From positions 4,672,001-4,736,000 of the forward strand of contig OZ257156.1 in assembly GCA_965279375.1 (NCBI GenBank): a stretch of 64,000 nucleotides of DNA, read 5' to 3'. Made by a program: the position numbers and the translations under genes. The stretch comes from Gemmatimonas sp. (GTDB taxonomy: Bacteria > Gemmatimonadota > Gemmatimonadetes > Gemmatimonadales > Gemmatimonadaceae). The notes beneath the pieces are model-generated. The model was not told the origin of the DNA. It did not search any database and worked only from the letters and a program-made list of their open reading frames with translations. Below, in pieces: positions 39,515 to 49,814 of this stretch; position 1 is the stretch's first letter; every line of letters starts with the position of its first letter.

Positions 39515-40329
39515 CGCGACTGCGCAGTGTCCTGCTGCACGTGCTACTGGCTGCGGCGGCGTTCTTCGCGCTGGCGCCGATGTTGTGGATGCTGTCGGCG
39601 TCGTTCATGCCGACGGGCAGCGCCAACACATTCCCTCCCCCGCTGCTGCCGAGGGCGCCGACACTCGACCACTATCGCACCTTGTTTGGACAGGGTGCGA
39701 TCGGGCGCTATTTGCTCAACAGCCTGATCGTCGCGACCGGCGCGACGCTGTTGTCGGTGCTGATCAACTCGATGGCGGGCTACGCGTTGGCCAAACTGCG
39801 TTTCCGTGCGCGCGATGGCGTGCTGCGTGCGATGTCGGCGGCGCTGCTCATCCCCACGCAGGTGACTATGCTGCCGCTCTTTCTGCTGCTCAAGCAGATG
39901 GGGCTGGTGAACAGTTACTGGGGCGCGATCATTCCGGCGGTCGGCACGATCTTCGGCATCTTTCTCGTGCGGCAGTACACACTCGGCATCCCCGACGATC
40001 TGCTGGACGCGGCGCGCATGGATGGCGCCGGCGAATTCCGGATCTACTGGAGCATCGTGCTGCCGGTCATTCGGCCGATTCTCGCCACGCTGGCCATCTG
40101 GACCTTCCTGGCCTCGTGGAACGACTTCCTGTGGCCGCTGGTCGTGCTCACGGACGATGCACGCTACACGCTGCCGGTCGCACTAGCCAATCTCTCGGGC
40201 GAACACGTGCAGGACGTGGAACTGATGATGGCTGGTTCCGTGCTCACCGTCCTGCCCGTGATTGTCGTGTTTCTGCTGCTGCAGCGCTCTTACGTGCAGG
40301 GCGTCATGCAGGGGAGTGTGAAGGGATGA
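39511..40329 (+). CDS. Carbohydrate ABC transporter permease
   Basis: DLLDAARMDGA, WNDFLWPL; multiple transmembrane segments. Confidence 0.95.
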   Translation: MTRLRSVLLHVLLAAAAFFALAPMLWMLSASFMPTGSANTFPPPLLPRAPTLDHYRTLFGQGAIGRYLLNSLIVATGATLLSVLINSMAGYALAKLRFRARDGVLRAMSAALLIPTQVTMLPLFLLLKQMGLVNSYWGAIIPAVGTIFGIFLVRQYTLGIPDDLLDAARMDGAGEFRIYWSIVLPVIRPILATLAIWTFLASWNDFLWPLVVLTDDARYTLPVALANLSGEHVQDVELMMAGSVLTVLPVIVVFLLLQRSYVQGVMQGSVKG

Positions 40330-41701
40330 AAAGCGGCTCCGCGAGGATTTCGCCGTGAGAACGAATGACGGCCTTGTAGAAGTGTGCGCTGTCCTTGGGC
40401 GTGCGCTCGAGCGTTTCGTAGTCTACGTGCACGATGCCAAAGCGCTTGCTGTAGCCGAGGCTCCACTCGTAGTTGTCGAGCAGCGACCAGGCGAAGTAGC
40501 CGCGCAGGTCCACGCCGGCGCTGATGGCGTTGTGAATCGCGCGCAGATGGTCGTACAGATAGTGCACGCGCAGCGGATCCTGCACGCGTCCCTGATGTGC
40601 CTTGGGCGCATCGTAGAACGCCGCGCCGTTCTCCGTGATGTAAAGCGGCAGCGATCCATACCGGTTCTTCACCCAGAGCAGCAGGTTGGTGAGAGACTCG
40701 GGGTGCACTTCCCAGCCCACATCGGTGTACGTGTGCGTCGGCTGTCGCACCGTCGCCGCGCGCACGGGCAATGCGGTGGGTTCGTCACGCGTGACCGCAC
40801 GCGTGTAGTAGTTGATGCCCAGAAAGTCGATCGGCTGGGCGATGAGCTCGAGTGCATCGTCAGCGTGGTCGGGCCAGGCCTGCCCGAAGATCTCGCGCAA
40901 CTCCTCAGGCCACTGCTTGAGGAAGACGGGATCGAGGTACTGCCGATTCATGTAGGCATCGGCGCGCTTGGTGGCCGCGAGATCCGCCGGGCTGTCGGTT
41001 GCGGCGTCCTTGGGCTCGAGATTCACAACGAGTCCGATCTTGCCATCGTATCCGCCCGCACGATACGCCTTCACCGCCGAGCCGTGCGCGCGCATGAGGT
41101 TGATGCTGGCGAGTGGCGCTTCGAAGAGATTGCGATGTCCCGGTGCAAGTGCGCCGTGCAGATAGCCGCCGTCAGTCACGACCCACGGTTCGTTGAGCGT
41201 CGCCCACATCTTGACGCGATCGCCCAAAGCATCGAAGCAGACCGTGGCGTATTCGGTGAACCAGTCGGCGATGTCGGGGTTGAGCCAACCGCCGCGATCG
41301 TCGAGTGCGGTGGGCAAGTCCCAGTGAAAGAGCGTGGCGTTGGGCGTGATGTTGTTGGCAAGCAGGCCGTCGACCAATCGATCGTAGAACGCAATGCCAC
41401 CGGGGTTCTTGGTGCCTGTGCCCTGCGGCAGAATGCGGCTCCACGCGATGCTGAAGCGGTACGCCGACAGGCCAAGCGACGCCATCAGCGCCACATCGTC
41501 CGCCCAGCGACCGTAGTGATCGCACGCGATCGCGCCCGACTCCCCGTTGACGGTGCGCCCGGGCGAATTGGCAAAGCGATGCCAGATGTTTGGCCCAGCG
41601 CCATCGGCATGCGGCTGACCTTCGATCTGGTAGGCCGAGGTCGCCGCGCCCCACAGGAACTGTTCGGGAAAACGCAAGGAATCACGCATCGTGTCACGCA
41701 T
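40304..41701 (-). CDS. GH1 beta-glucosidase
   Basis: FLWGAATSAYQIEG, TLNEP, YITENG, WSLLDNYEW. Start at 41701 or 41689. Confidence 0.96.
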   Translation of the reverse strand: MRDTMRDSLRFPEQFLWGAATSAYQIEGQPHADGAGPNIWHRFANSPGRTVNGESGAIACDHYGRWADDVALMASLGLSAYRFSIAWSRILPQGTGTKNPGGIAFYDRLVDGLLANNITPNATLFHWDLPTALDDRGGWLNPDIADWFTEYATVCFDALGDRVKMWATLNEPWVVTDGGYLHGALAPGHRNLFEAPLASINLMRAHGSAVKAYRAGGYDGKIGLVVNLEPKDAATDSPADLAATKRADAYMNRQYLDPVFLKQWPEELREIFGQAWPDHADDALELIAQPIDFLGINYYTRAVTRDEPTALPVRAATVRQPTHTYTDVGWEVHPESLTNLLLWVKNRYGSLPLYITENGAAFYDAPKAHQGRVQDPLRVHYLYDHLRAIHNAISAGVDLRGYFAWSLLDNYEWSLGYSKRFGIVHVDYETLERTPKDSAHFYKAVIRSHGEILAEPLFIPSHSPA

Positions 41702-41718
41702 GTCGATGGAGAGATGAG

Positions 41719-42888
<1,170 letters not shown>

Positions 42889-43017
42889 GTGTGCACAACG
42901 CATGGTGCATCGAGAGTCGTGTTACATCAAGCGTTACATGCCGCCTTCCAGCGCGCATGAAGTTTTCGGGTCCCGACAGCGGTAGATCTCGTCTTTTCCC
43001 CTTTTCCTGCACCTGCC

Positions 43018-43998
43018 ATGCGTCGTTTCGATCGTCTCCTTGGGCTGCCGTTGCTCGCCCTGATCCTCTGCCTGCCAGCGGGCGCACGTGCGCAGTCCGT
43101 CGATGCGTCCGCGCGACGCGTCGAAGTGATTGGCCATCGCGGCGCTGCGGGTCTCGCGCCGGAGAACACCCTCGCGGCGTTCCGTCGCGGCTGCGCGTTG
43201 CGCGCCGACGGGATCGAGCTGGACGTGCACCTGACCGCCGACAGCGTGCTGGTGGTGCACCACGACTACGAACTACATCCGGACATTGCGCGCGATACGG
43301 CGGGCGCGTGGGTCAACAAGGACGCGCGGCCGGTGCTCCACCAGATGACCGTGGCGCAGATCAAGCAGTACGACATCGGGCGGCTGCGCCCCGGTTCCGA
43401 CTACGAAAAGCGGCACCCCGACCAGCTGCCGGCCGACGGCGAGCGCGTCCCAACGCTCGACGAAGTGATCACGATGTTCGAGGCCTCATGCCCGCCTCCG
43501 ACGCGCCTCGTCGTGGAGATCAAGACGGACCCCACGCGCCGCGCACTCTCGGCACCCGCGGCCCTGGTGGCCGAGCGGACCATCGCGCAGCTGCGTCGGC
43601 GCAAGGTCGCCGCACGAGCGCAGATCATCGCGTTCGACTGGCGCGTACTGCGACGTGTGCACGAGATCGCCCCCGAACAGTCCACCAGCTTCCTCACATT
43701 CGAGGGGAAAGACTGGAATACCATCGAGGTGGGCAAGCCGGGCCCGTCCGCCTGGATGGGCGGTCTCGATGTGGACGACCACGCCGGATCGGTGCCGCAG
43801 GCGATCAAGGCGGCGGGTGGGAAGAACTGGTCGCCACAGGCAGGAAACGTCACGCCGGCGGCCTTGGCCGAGGCGCATCGGCTGGGGATCAAGGTGTACG
43901 CGTGGACGGTTAACTCCGCCACGGAGATGACGCAGCTGATCCAACTCGGCGTGGACGGTATCACGACCGACCGACCGGACCTGATGCGCAGGCCGTAG
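43018..43998 (+). CDS. Secreted glycerophosphodiester phosphodiesterase
   Basis: Signal peptide; IGHRGA, PENTL, ELDVHLT, VHHD, EIK, AWTVN, GIT(T)DRPD. Confidence 0.93.
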   Translation: MRRFDRLLGLPLLALILCLPAGARAQSVDASARRVEVIGHRGAAGLAPENTLAAFRRGCALRADGIELDVHLTADSVLVVHHDYELHPDIARDTAGAWVNKDARPVLHQMTVAQIKQYDIGRLRPGSDYEKRHPDQLPADGERVPTLDEVITMFEASCPPPTRLVVEIKTDPTRRALSAPAALVAERTIAQLRRRKVAARAQIIAFDWRVLRRVHEIAPEQSTSFLTFEGKDWNTIEVGKPGPSAWMGGLDVDDHAGSVPQAIKAAGGKNWSPQAGNVTPAALAEAHRLGIKVYAWTVNSATEMTQLIQLGVDGITTDRPDLMRRP

Positions 43999-44107
43999 AC
44001 GGCCACACGGTGATGGATTGTGCCGGGAGTGTGATGGCAGCGGACAAGTGAGCAACGATTGGGATCGGGCGTTCAGAAGCCCGCGCGCTCGGAGTGTCAC
44101 AAATCGG

Positions 44108-44137
44108 CTCAAGGAGGGCGGAGGGGGCGTCGACACT
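44108..44137 (+). promoter_or_regulatory. Candidate sigma-28 (FliA)-type promoter of the second MCP
   Basis: CTCAAG-N15-GTCGACACT, matching the layout at 22663. Confidence 0.55.
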
Positions 44138-44178
44138 ATCTCCTGCCGACGTCGGCATTTCCCTCTTTCCCTTCCTAC

Positions 44179-46170
44179 ATGCGCCGCAACTATTCGCTTC
44201 CCCAACGACTGATCGCCCTCGGGTTCATCGGCATCATACCCACCGTCATTGCCGGCGTGATGGGCTATCGCGGCGTGACTCAATCGGCCGAGGCGGCCCT
44301 GAGTCTCGAGCGCGCCGTCCTGACCACACGCGCACAAATGGACGCGGACATGCGTCACGACGGACTCCGAGGCGTGGGCGCCCTCGCACAGATGGCGATG
44401 CTCGAGCATCGCGAAGACGACGGGCGTACGATCGCCGAGGAAGCGGAGGAGACAGGGCGCACGATGGTCGCCGACATCGATAGTGTGCGGCTGACCGCAG
44501 AGGATTCGACAGTTCGTGCGATGGCAACGCGCGTACGGCCGATGGTGGTGCGTTACGCGGACCTCGCGACGGCGTTGACGAAGTCGGCGGCGTCTGGCGA
44601 TCCCAAAGCGAAAGAGCAGGCGGTCGAACTCGAGCAGCTATTCCTCGAGCTCGAGAAGGGCCTCGAAACGCTGGGCGATGAAGTCACCGCCAGTGCGAAC
44701 CGCGTCGCCGCGAACACGCAGGAGGTCGCGACGAAATTGCATCTCGAACTGCTGGTGCTGTGCACCCTGACCATTCTCGCGCTGGTGTTCATCGTGCGTG
44801 GCATGACCCGCGCGATTCAGCGTCCGATCCTCGAGCTCGCCGCCGAGGCGGAAGCGATGGCCACGGGCGACTTCACGCGATCGTCTGCCTACGAGTCGGC
44901 GGACGCCGTCGGTCGTCTCGCGACGTCGTTCCGTTCGCTGCAAACTTTTGTTCGCGAAACGGCCAACGCCGCCGCGTCGCTGGGTCGTGGCGATCTCTCG
45001 ACCACGCTCACGGTTCGTTCGGAGGCCGACACCCTCTCGCAGAGCGTGAACCAAACCGCCGAGACGCTGCGTCAGCTCGATCGCGAGCTCGGCGTGTTGG
45101 TCACGGCAGCGTCCAAGGGGCAGCTGTCGACTCGCGCCGACGCCACGGCGTTCGACGGAGCTTACCGCGAGCTCGTGCAGCGGATCAACACGATGCTCGA
45201 TGAAACGATGGCGCCTGTTGCCGAGGCCACGACGGTGCTCCGTCAGGTCGCCGAGCGCGACTTGCAAGTACGTGTGGAAGGGCAGTATCAGGGAGACCAC
45301 GCGTTGCTGGCGACGGCCCTCAATACGACACTCAGCCAGCTCGAGAACGCACTGGACGAGGTGCGCTGCAGTTCCGATGAAGTGACCTCGGCAGCGGCGC
45401 AGATTGCCGCCAGCAGCCAGACCATGGCCGACGGCGCCAGCCAGCAGGCCAGCGCGCTCGAAGAGGTGAATGCCTCGCTGCAGGAGCTCAACACGCTCGC
45501 TCGACAGAGTGCTCGCGAAGCGGACAGCGTCCAGAAGCTCACCGATTCCGCGCAGCGCGTTGCAGACGAAGGCGTGGCCTCGATGCAGCAGCTCAACGAC
45601 GCCATGAACGCGATCAACACGTCGGTGGGCGAGAGTGCACGGATCATGAAAACGATCGACGAGATCGCGTTTCAGACGAACCTGCTGGCGCTCAATGCCG
45701 CTGTGGAAGCGGCGCGTGCCGGGGACGCTGGCCGAGGATTTGCCGTCGTCGCGAGCGAGGTGCGCTCACTCGCCATGCGCAGCGCGGAGGAAGCGAAGCG
45801 GTCCGCATCCGTCATCGAGCGGTCCATTGCGGATGCCGCGCGTGGCATTGAAGTGAAGAACGCGACGCAGGTGCGTCTGACCGAGCTCGCGGCCACCGTG
45901 GGGAAGGTGTCGAGTGCGATGCACACGATCACGCAGAGCAGTGAACAGCAGGCAGATGGTATTCGGCAGATTCTTGCTGCCACGGACGACATGAACAGCG
46001 TGACGCAGCAGGCAGCGGCCAGTGCCGAAGAGTCGGCAGCGGCAGCGCAGGAGCTGACCAGTCAGGCCGAGTCGCTGAACGATCTGGTCGGGCTGTTCGC
46101 GCTGAGCGAGCACACCGAGCGTCAGCCCGTCGCAGAAGTGCGGACGGTGCGACAGTTCGCGACGGTGTAG
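44179..46170 (+). CDS. Membrane methyl-accepting chemotaxis protein (2 TM, tandem HAMP domains)
   Basis: Two hydrophobic segments flank a helical sensor region; [30 protein letters not shown]. Confidence 0.94.
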   Translation: MRRNYSLPQRLIALGFIGIIPTVIAGVMGYRGVTQSAEAALSLERAVLTTRAQMDADMRHDGLRGVGALAQMAMLEHREDDGRTIAEEAEETGRTMVADIDSVRLTAEDSTVRAMATRVRPMVVRYADLATALTKSAASGDPKAKEQAVELEQLFLELEKGLETLGDEVTASANRVAANTQEVATKLHLELLVLCTLTILALVFIVRGMTRAIQRPILELAAEAEAMATGDFTRSSAYESADAVGRLATSFRSLQTFVRETANAAASLGRGDLSTTLTVRSEADTLSQSVNQTAETLRQLDRELGVLVTAASKGQLSTRADATAFDGAYRELVQRINTMLDETMAPVAEATTVLRQVAERDLQVRVEGQYQGDHALLATALNTTLSQLENALDEVRCSSDEVTSAAAQIAASSQTMADGASQQASALEEVNASLQELNTLARQSAREADSVQKLTDSAQRVADEGVASMQQLNDAMNAINTSVGESARIMKTIDEIAFQTNLLALNAAVEAARAGDAGRGFAVVASEVRSLAMRSAEEAKRSASVIERSIADAARGIEVKNATQVRLTELAATVGKVSSAMHTITQSSEQQADGIRQILAATDDMNSVTQQAAASAEESAAAAQELTSQAESLNDLVGLFALSEHTERQPVAEVRTVRQFATV

Positions 46171-46253
46171 ACGAAGCGTCCAGTCAGAAGGCGAGGCACT
46201 CGATCAAGGCAGACAACGACGGGTGAGTCAGTCGATTGACGGCACGAGCAAGA

Positions 46254-46293
46254 ACGCAAACGGGCGATGGGAATTCCCATCGCCCGTTTGCGT
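46254..46293. terminator. 40-bp perfect palindrome between convergent genes (probable bidirectional terminator)
   Basis: ACGCAAACGGGCGATGGGAA|TTCCCATCGCCCGTTTGCGT. Confidence 0.75.
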
Positions 46294-46317
46294 ATTGTCG
46301 TGTCAGCACCGCGCTCG

Positions 46318-47943
46318 TCAGAACGTTACGATCGTCCGGAGCGTGGAGATCATGCCAGCACGGCGACCCAGCTGATCATCGCGACGATTGACGCGCTGCA
46401 TGTCGGCAACCAGCGAGAGATGCGACGTGACCGGAAGCTGATAGAAGAGCTCACTGATCGACTCATGGCCGGCCGACCACGCGGCATTCGTGATGCCGAA
46501 GCCGAGCACGTCTTCGGGGCGATGCGACGAGAAGCCCGTGATCGTCACGCCGCCGCCGTGATGCGCATGCACCGTCTGCCGACTCGGATCCGCGTGCCCG
46601 ACCTGCAGAAACGCCGCGATCTGCGCGCGCTGATCGGCGTGCGACGGATCGCGCACCGCTCCCTGCCACAGCGTCTGATCGAGTGTGGCGTACCAGCCGT
46701 GGTTGCCGCGGACGTCGGGATCTCCACTGGCATCGGCGTTGAGCGACGCGAACATGCCGCTGTGATGCCAGGCGCCGACGCCGAGTCGTCCTGCGAGTTC
46801 CGAGGCGCCGGCCGTCCACGTCTGATTGGCCTGCGCAATCCCGAAGCGCGAGCTGTGTCCTGCTGCGGCGGGTGCCCCACCGAGTCCGTTGAAGACACCG
46901 GCACCGATCGTCAGCCCATCGTTGACGGTGACGAACATATTGAGCCCTGACGTCGGCAGCGGGAACGTCGGTGCGGCGGCAATCGCTGGCGTGTAGCCCA
47001 TGGAGGCATTGAGGAACTGCCCGGCGTTATCCGGCGCACCGAATTCGCTGTTAAAGTCGAGACGGCCGGCCTTCACACGCAGGCGATCGCTCCAGAGATT
47101 CTGCTGCAGCCAGACTTCCCCGAGCGCGCGAAAGTTGCCCGCGTCGATGTTGGAGTAGTTCTGGACGAACGACGCTTCGCCGGATCCGTTGCGACCCGTC
47201 TTGTTCTTGTACTGCACGAAAGTGCTCAGCCCCGGAATGCCAATCAGGGAATCGAGGTCGAGCGAGAGCTGCACGACGGTGTACGTGCGGAGTGCATGCG
47301 CACTCGCCATTGACGAGGTGCCACTGGATGCATCGGTGATGTCCTGCGCGCTGAAGGCCACGCCGGGGTGCGAAATGATCGTGCGCCAATCGAGCGGCGC
47401 ACGCGCTGGTCCGCCCCGCGCCGTTTGCACGCCGGCGGCCGCCTCTGGGACCGCCGCGGCGGCAGGCGCCTCGGCCGCGGCATCGGCCGCCGCAGTCGCC
47501 GTGGCATCGTTCGTCGCGTCGCTCCCTGAGTCGGGGAGTGCAGCGCTGAGGGCGCGGGCGGCGTCGAGCGACGTGGGACCGCCGTCGAAGTTGATGACGA
47601 CGCGTGGCCGTGGGCGGGCCACAGCGGCCGCCACAGGGCGCGGAGCGATCGGTGACGCCACGATGTTCGGGGACGCACTCGGCGCGGCCGACGCGGGCGT
47701 GGCGGCCGCTGTGGCGGCATCCGGCGCCGGCGAGGTGGCGGGGGCGCTGGTGGAGGCGCCGAAGTCTGGCGAGGGTGCTTGCGCCGCGATCGTGCGATCG
47801 GCGGGCGGCGGAGTGGGCGAGCGGAGGGCGGCGCGCGTGCCCAGCGCAACGGCGGCGACACCGCCAAACATGAGCACAGCGAGCATTCGGCGCGGTGACT
47901 TCCCGTCGTTGGAGGACGACGGTTCGCGATCTGAAGGTTGCAC
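46318..47943 (-). CDS. Carbohydrate-selective porin (OprB family) with long Ala/Pro-rich N-terminal extension
   Basis: LGEVWLQQ, RLRVKAGRLDFNSEF, FLNAS, HGWYATLDQTLW, RPEDVLGFG, ELFYQ, terminal Phe. Confidence 0.85.
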   Translation of the reverse strand: MQPSDREPSSSNDGKSPRRMLAVLMFGGVAAVALGTRAALRSPTPPPADRTIAAQAPSPDFGASTSAPATSPAPDAATAAATPASAAPSASPNIVASPIAPRPVAAAVARPRPRVVINFDGGPTSLDAARALSAALPDSGSDATNDATATAAADAAAEAPAAAAVPEAAAGVQTARGGPARAPLDWRTIISHPGVAFSAQDITDASSGTSSMASAHALRTYTVVQLSLDLDSLIGIPGLSTFVQYKNKTGRNGSGEASFVQNYSNIDAGNFRALGEVWLQQNLWSDRLRVKAGRLDFNSEFGAPDNAGQFLNASMGYTPAIAAAPTFPLPTSGLNMFVTVNDGLTIGAGVFNGLGGAPAAAGHSSRFGIAQANQTWTAGASELAGRLGVGAWHHSGMFASLNADASGDPDVRGNHGWYATLDQTLWQGAVRDPSHADQRAQIAAFLQVGHADPSRQTVHAHHGGGVTITGFSSHRPEDVLGFGITNAAWSAGHESISELFYQLPVTSHLSLVADMQRVNRRDDQLGRRAGMISTLRTIVTF

Positions 47944-48155
47944 GAGAGAGACTCAGCACAGAGAACGCATGCCGGTGGGCATGCACAAGTCACCATCGTC
48001 GGTGACAGGAGCTTCTGTGTTGAGCGTCGGACCATCGGAGCAGCTATTTCAGCAGCGCCATATGCGAATTCTGGCATTCCCATCAGGGCGTGACACCCTT
48101 TGCCACCGGCGAATCTGCGGGCGGCAGTACAGCGACCGGAAACGTGCCAACGGCA

Positions 48156-49814
48156 CTACGCCATCGTGGACAGCTCGCCGGGAATACTTGGCAGATAGAT
48201 GAGAAACGTCGTGCCTTCGCCGATCGCGCTGCGCACGACGATGCTGCCACCGCTTTCCTTCACGATGCCGTACACCATCGCCAGCCCCAGACCGGTCCCC
48301 TTCCCGGTCGCCTTGGTGGTGAAGAACGGTTCGAAGGCGCGCAGTCGCACGGGCTCCGCCATGCCTTCGCCGGTGTCGGTCACCTCGATGACCGTGTACG
48401 CGCCGGCTGCAAGCTGACCGGCTGCCACCTCGCCCGAGTATGAGATGTCTTCGTTGCGTGCGCTCAGGCGCAACGCACCTCCCAGCGGCATTGCGTCGCG
48501 CGCGTTGACGGCGAGGTTCATCAATACCTGCTCGAGCTGCGAGTGGTCGGCCCGCACCCTGCGCGTACCCGGGGCAACATCCAGTGTGAGGGTAATGTGC
48601 TCACCAATAAGGCGATGGAGCAGCTGCTGCACGCCAACCAGCAGCGGCTGTACGTCGATGGTGGACCAGGACATTTCCTGCTGACGACTGAACGCGAGTA
48701 ACTGCCGTGTCAGGGTTGCAGCGCGCCGACCGGCGGCATGAATCTCGTCCAGATCGCGGCGCAAGGCGGTCGGATTCGTCAAGTCGCCCATCGCCAGATC
48801 CGCCGTGCCGTTGATGACAGTCAGCAGGTTGTTGAAGTCGTGCGCGATACCGCCCGCGAGCCGACCGACCGTCTCCATCTTTGCCGACTGAATGATCTGC
48901 GCCGACAGCAACCGTTGATCAGTGAGGTCGCGACCGATCGCGATGTGATGTGCCAGCTGGCCCCGGACATTGCGAAAGGGCGCGATGGTTCGCTCTTCCA
49001 CATACGTGGAGCCATCCTTTCGGCGATTGGTGATCTCACCGCGCCACACCTCGCCGCGACCGATGGTATCCCACAGGTCGCGGTAGAAAGCGTCCTCGTG
49101 CGTGCCCGACTTGAAGAGGCGCGGATTGCCGCCGACGATCTCGTCGGCAGCGTATCCGGTCATCGTGCAGAACGAGGGATTGACCCACTCGATGGTGCCC
49201 GTGATGTCGGTGATCATGATCGCGCTATCAGCCGCTTCCAGTGCTGCACTGCGAAGCTGCACCGCCTCTTCGGCGCGATGCGTTGCCGTGATGTCCGTGA
49301 GTACCACGCGGCAGCCAGGTCCAACCGTTGCCCGCTGCCCGTCCAGCCGGAGGATGCGTACGGCCCGGTTCTTCTGCGGCGGAGTCAGCGTGCAGGAGGC
49401 GCGCGCATCGCTCGCGCAGGCGTTCTCGAGAAACGCGGCGAACTCGCGGCGGTCGTCCAGCTCGAGGAACAGATCCATGCGTCGGCGAACGAGCCACGAG
49501 CGCTCGAGGCCGAGGAGACTCGCGCCGAGGAGATTGATCTGTTCGATCGTACCCGCGCGATCGAGCGACATGTAGCCGACCGGCGCGAAATCGTACAGAT
49601 CGGTATAGCGAGCCAGCAGCGCTTCGCCTTCGTCACGCGTCGCGCGCAGCTCATCGTTCTGCATCTCCAGCTCGATCTGATGCACTTGGAGCTCATACAC
49701 CAACCGCGCCATCTCATCGACCGTGCGCGGTGTATTGCCGATGTGCCCATCGGGATTGAGTCGCAGTTCGGCGCGACGGCGGAGCTCTTGTGCGTCCAGC
49801 TGGTGATCATGCAT
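48156..49814 (-). CDS. PAS-domain sensor histidine kinase (no receiver domain)
   Basis: ELQVHQIELEMQNDEL, two PAS domains, GIAHDFNNLL, NLAVNARDAM, PFFTTK, GTGLGL. Confidence 0.94.
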   Translation of the reverse strand: MHDHQLDAQELRRRAELRLNPDGHIGNTPRTVDEMARLVYELQVHQIELEMQNDELRATRDEGEALLARYTDLYDFAPVGYMSLDRAGTIEQINLLGASLLGLERSWLVRRRMDLFLELDDRREFAAFLENACASDARASCTLTPPQKNRAVRILRLDGQRATVGPGCRVVLTDITATHRAEEAVQLRSAALEAADSAIMITDITGTIEWVNPSFCTMTGYAADEIVGGNPRLFKSGTHEDAFYRDLWDTIGRGEVWRGEITNRRKDGSTYVEERTIAPFRNVRGQLAHHIAIGRDLTDQRLLSAQIIQSAKMETVGRLAGGIAHDFNNLLTVINGTADLAMGDLTNPTALRRDLDEIHAAGRRAATLTRQLLAFSRQQEMSWSTIDVQPLLVGVQQLLHRLIGEHITLTLDVAPGTRRVRADHSQLEQVLMNLAVNARDAMPLGGALRLSARNEDISYSGEVAAGQLAAGAYTVIEVTDTGEGMAEPVRLRAFEPFFTTKATGKGTGLGLAMVYGIVKESGGSIVVRSAIGEGTTFLIYLPSIPGELSTMA

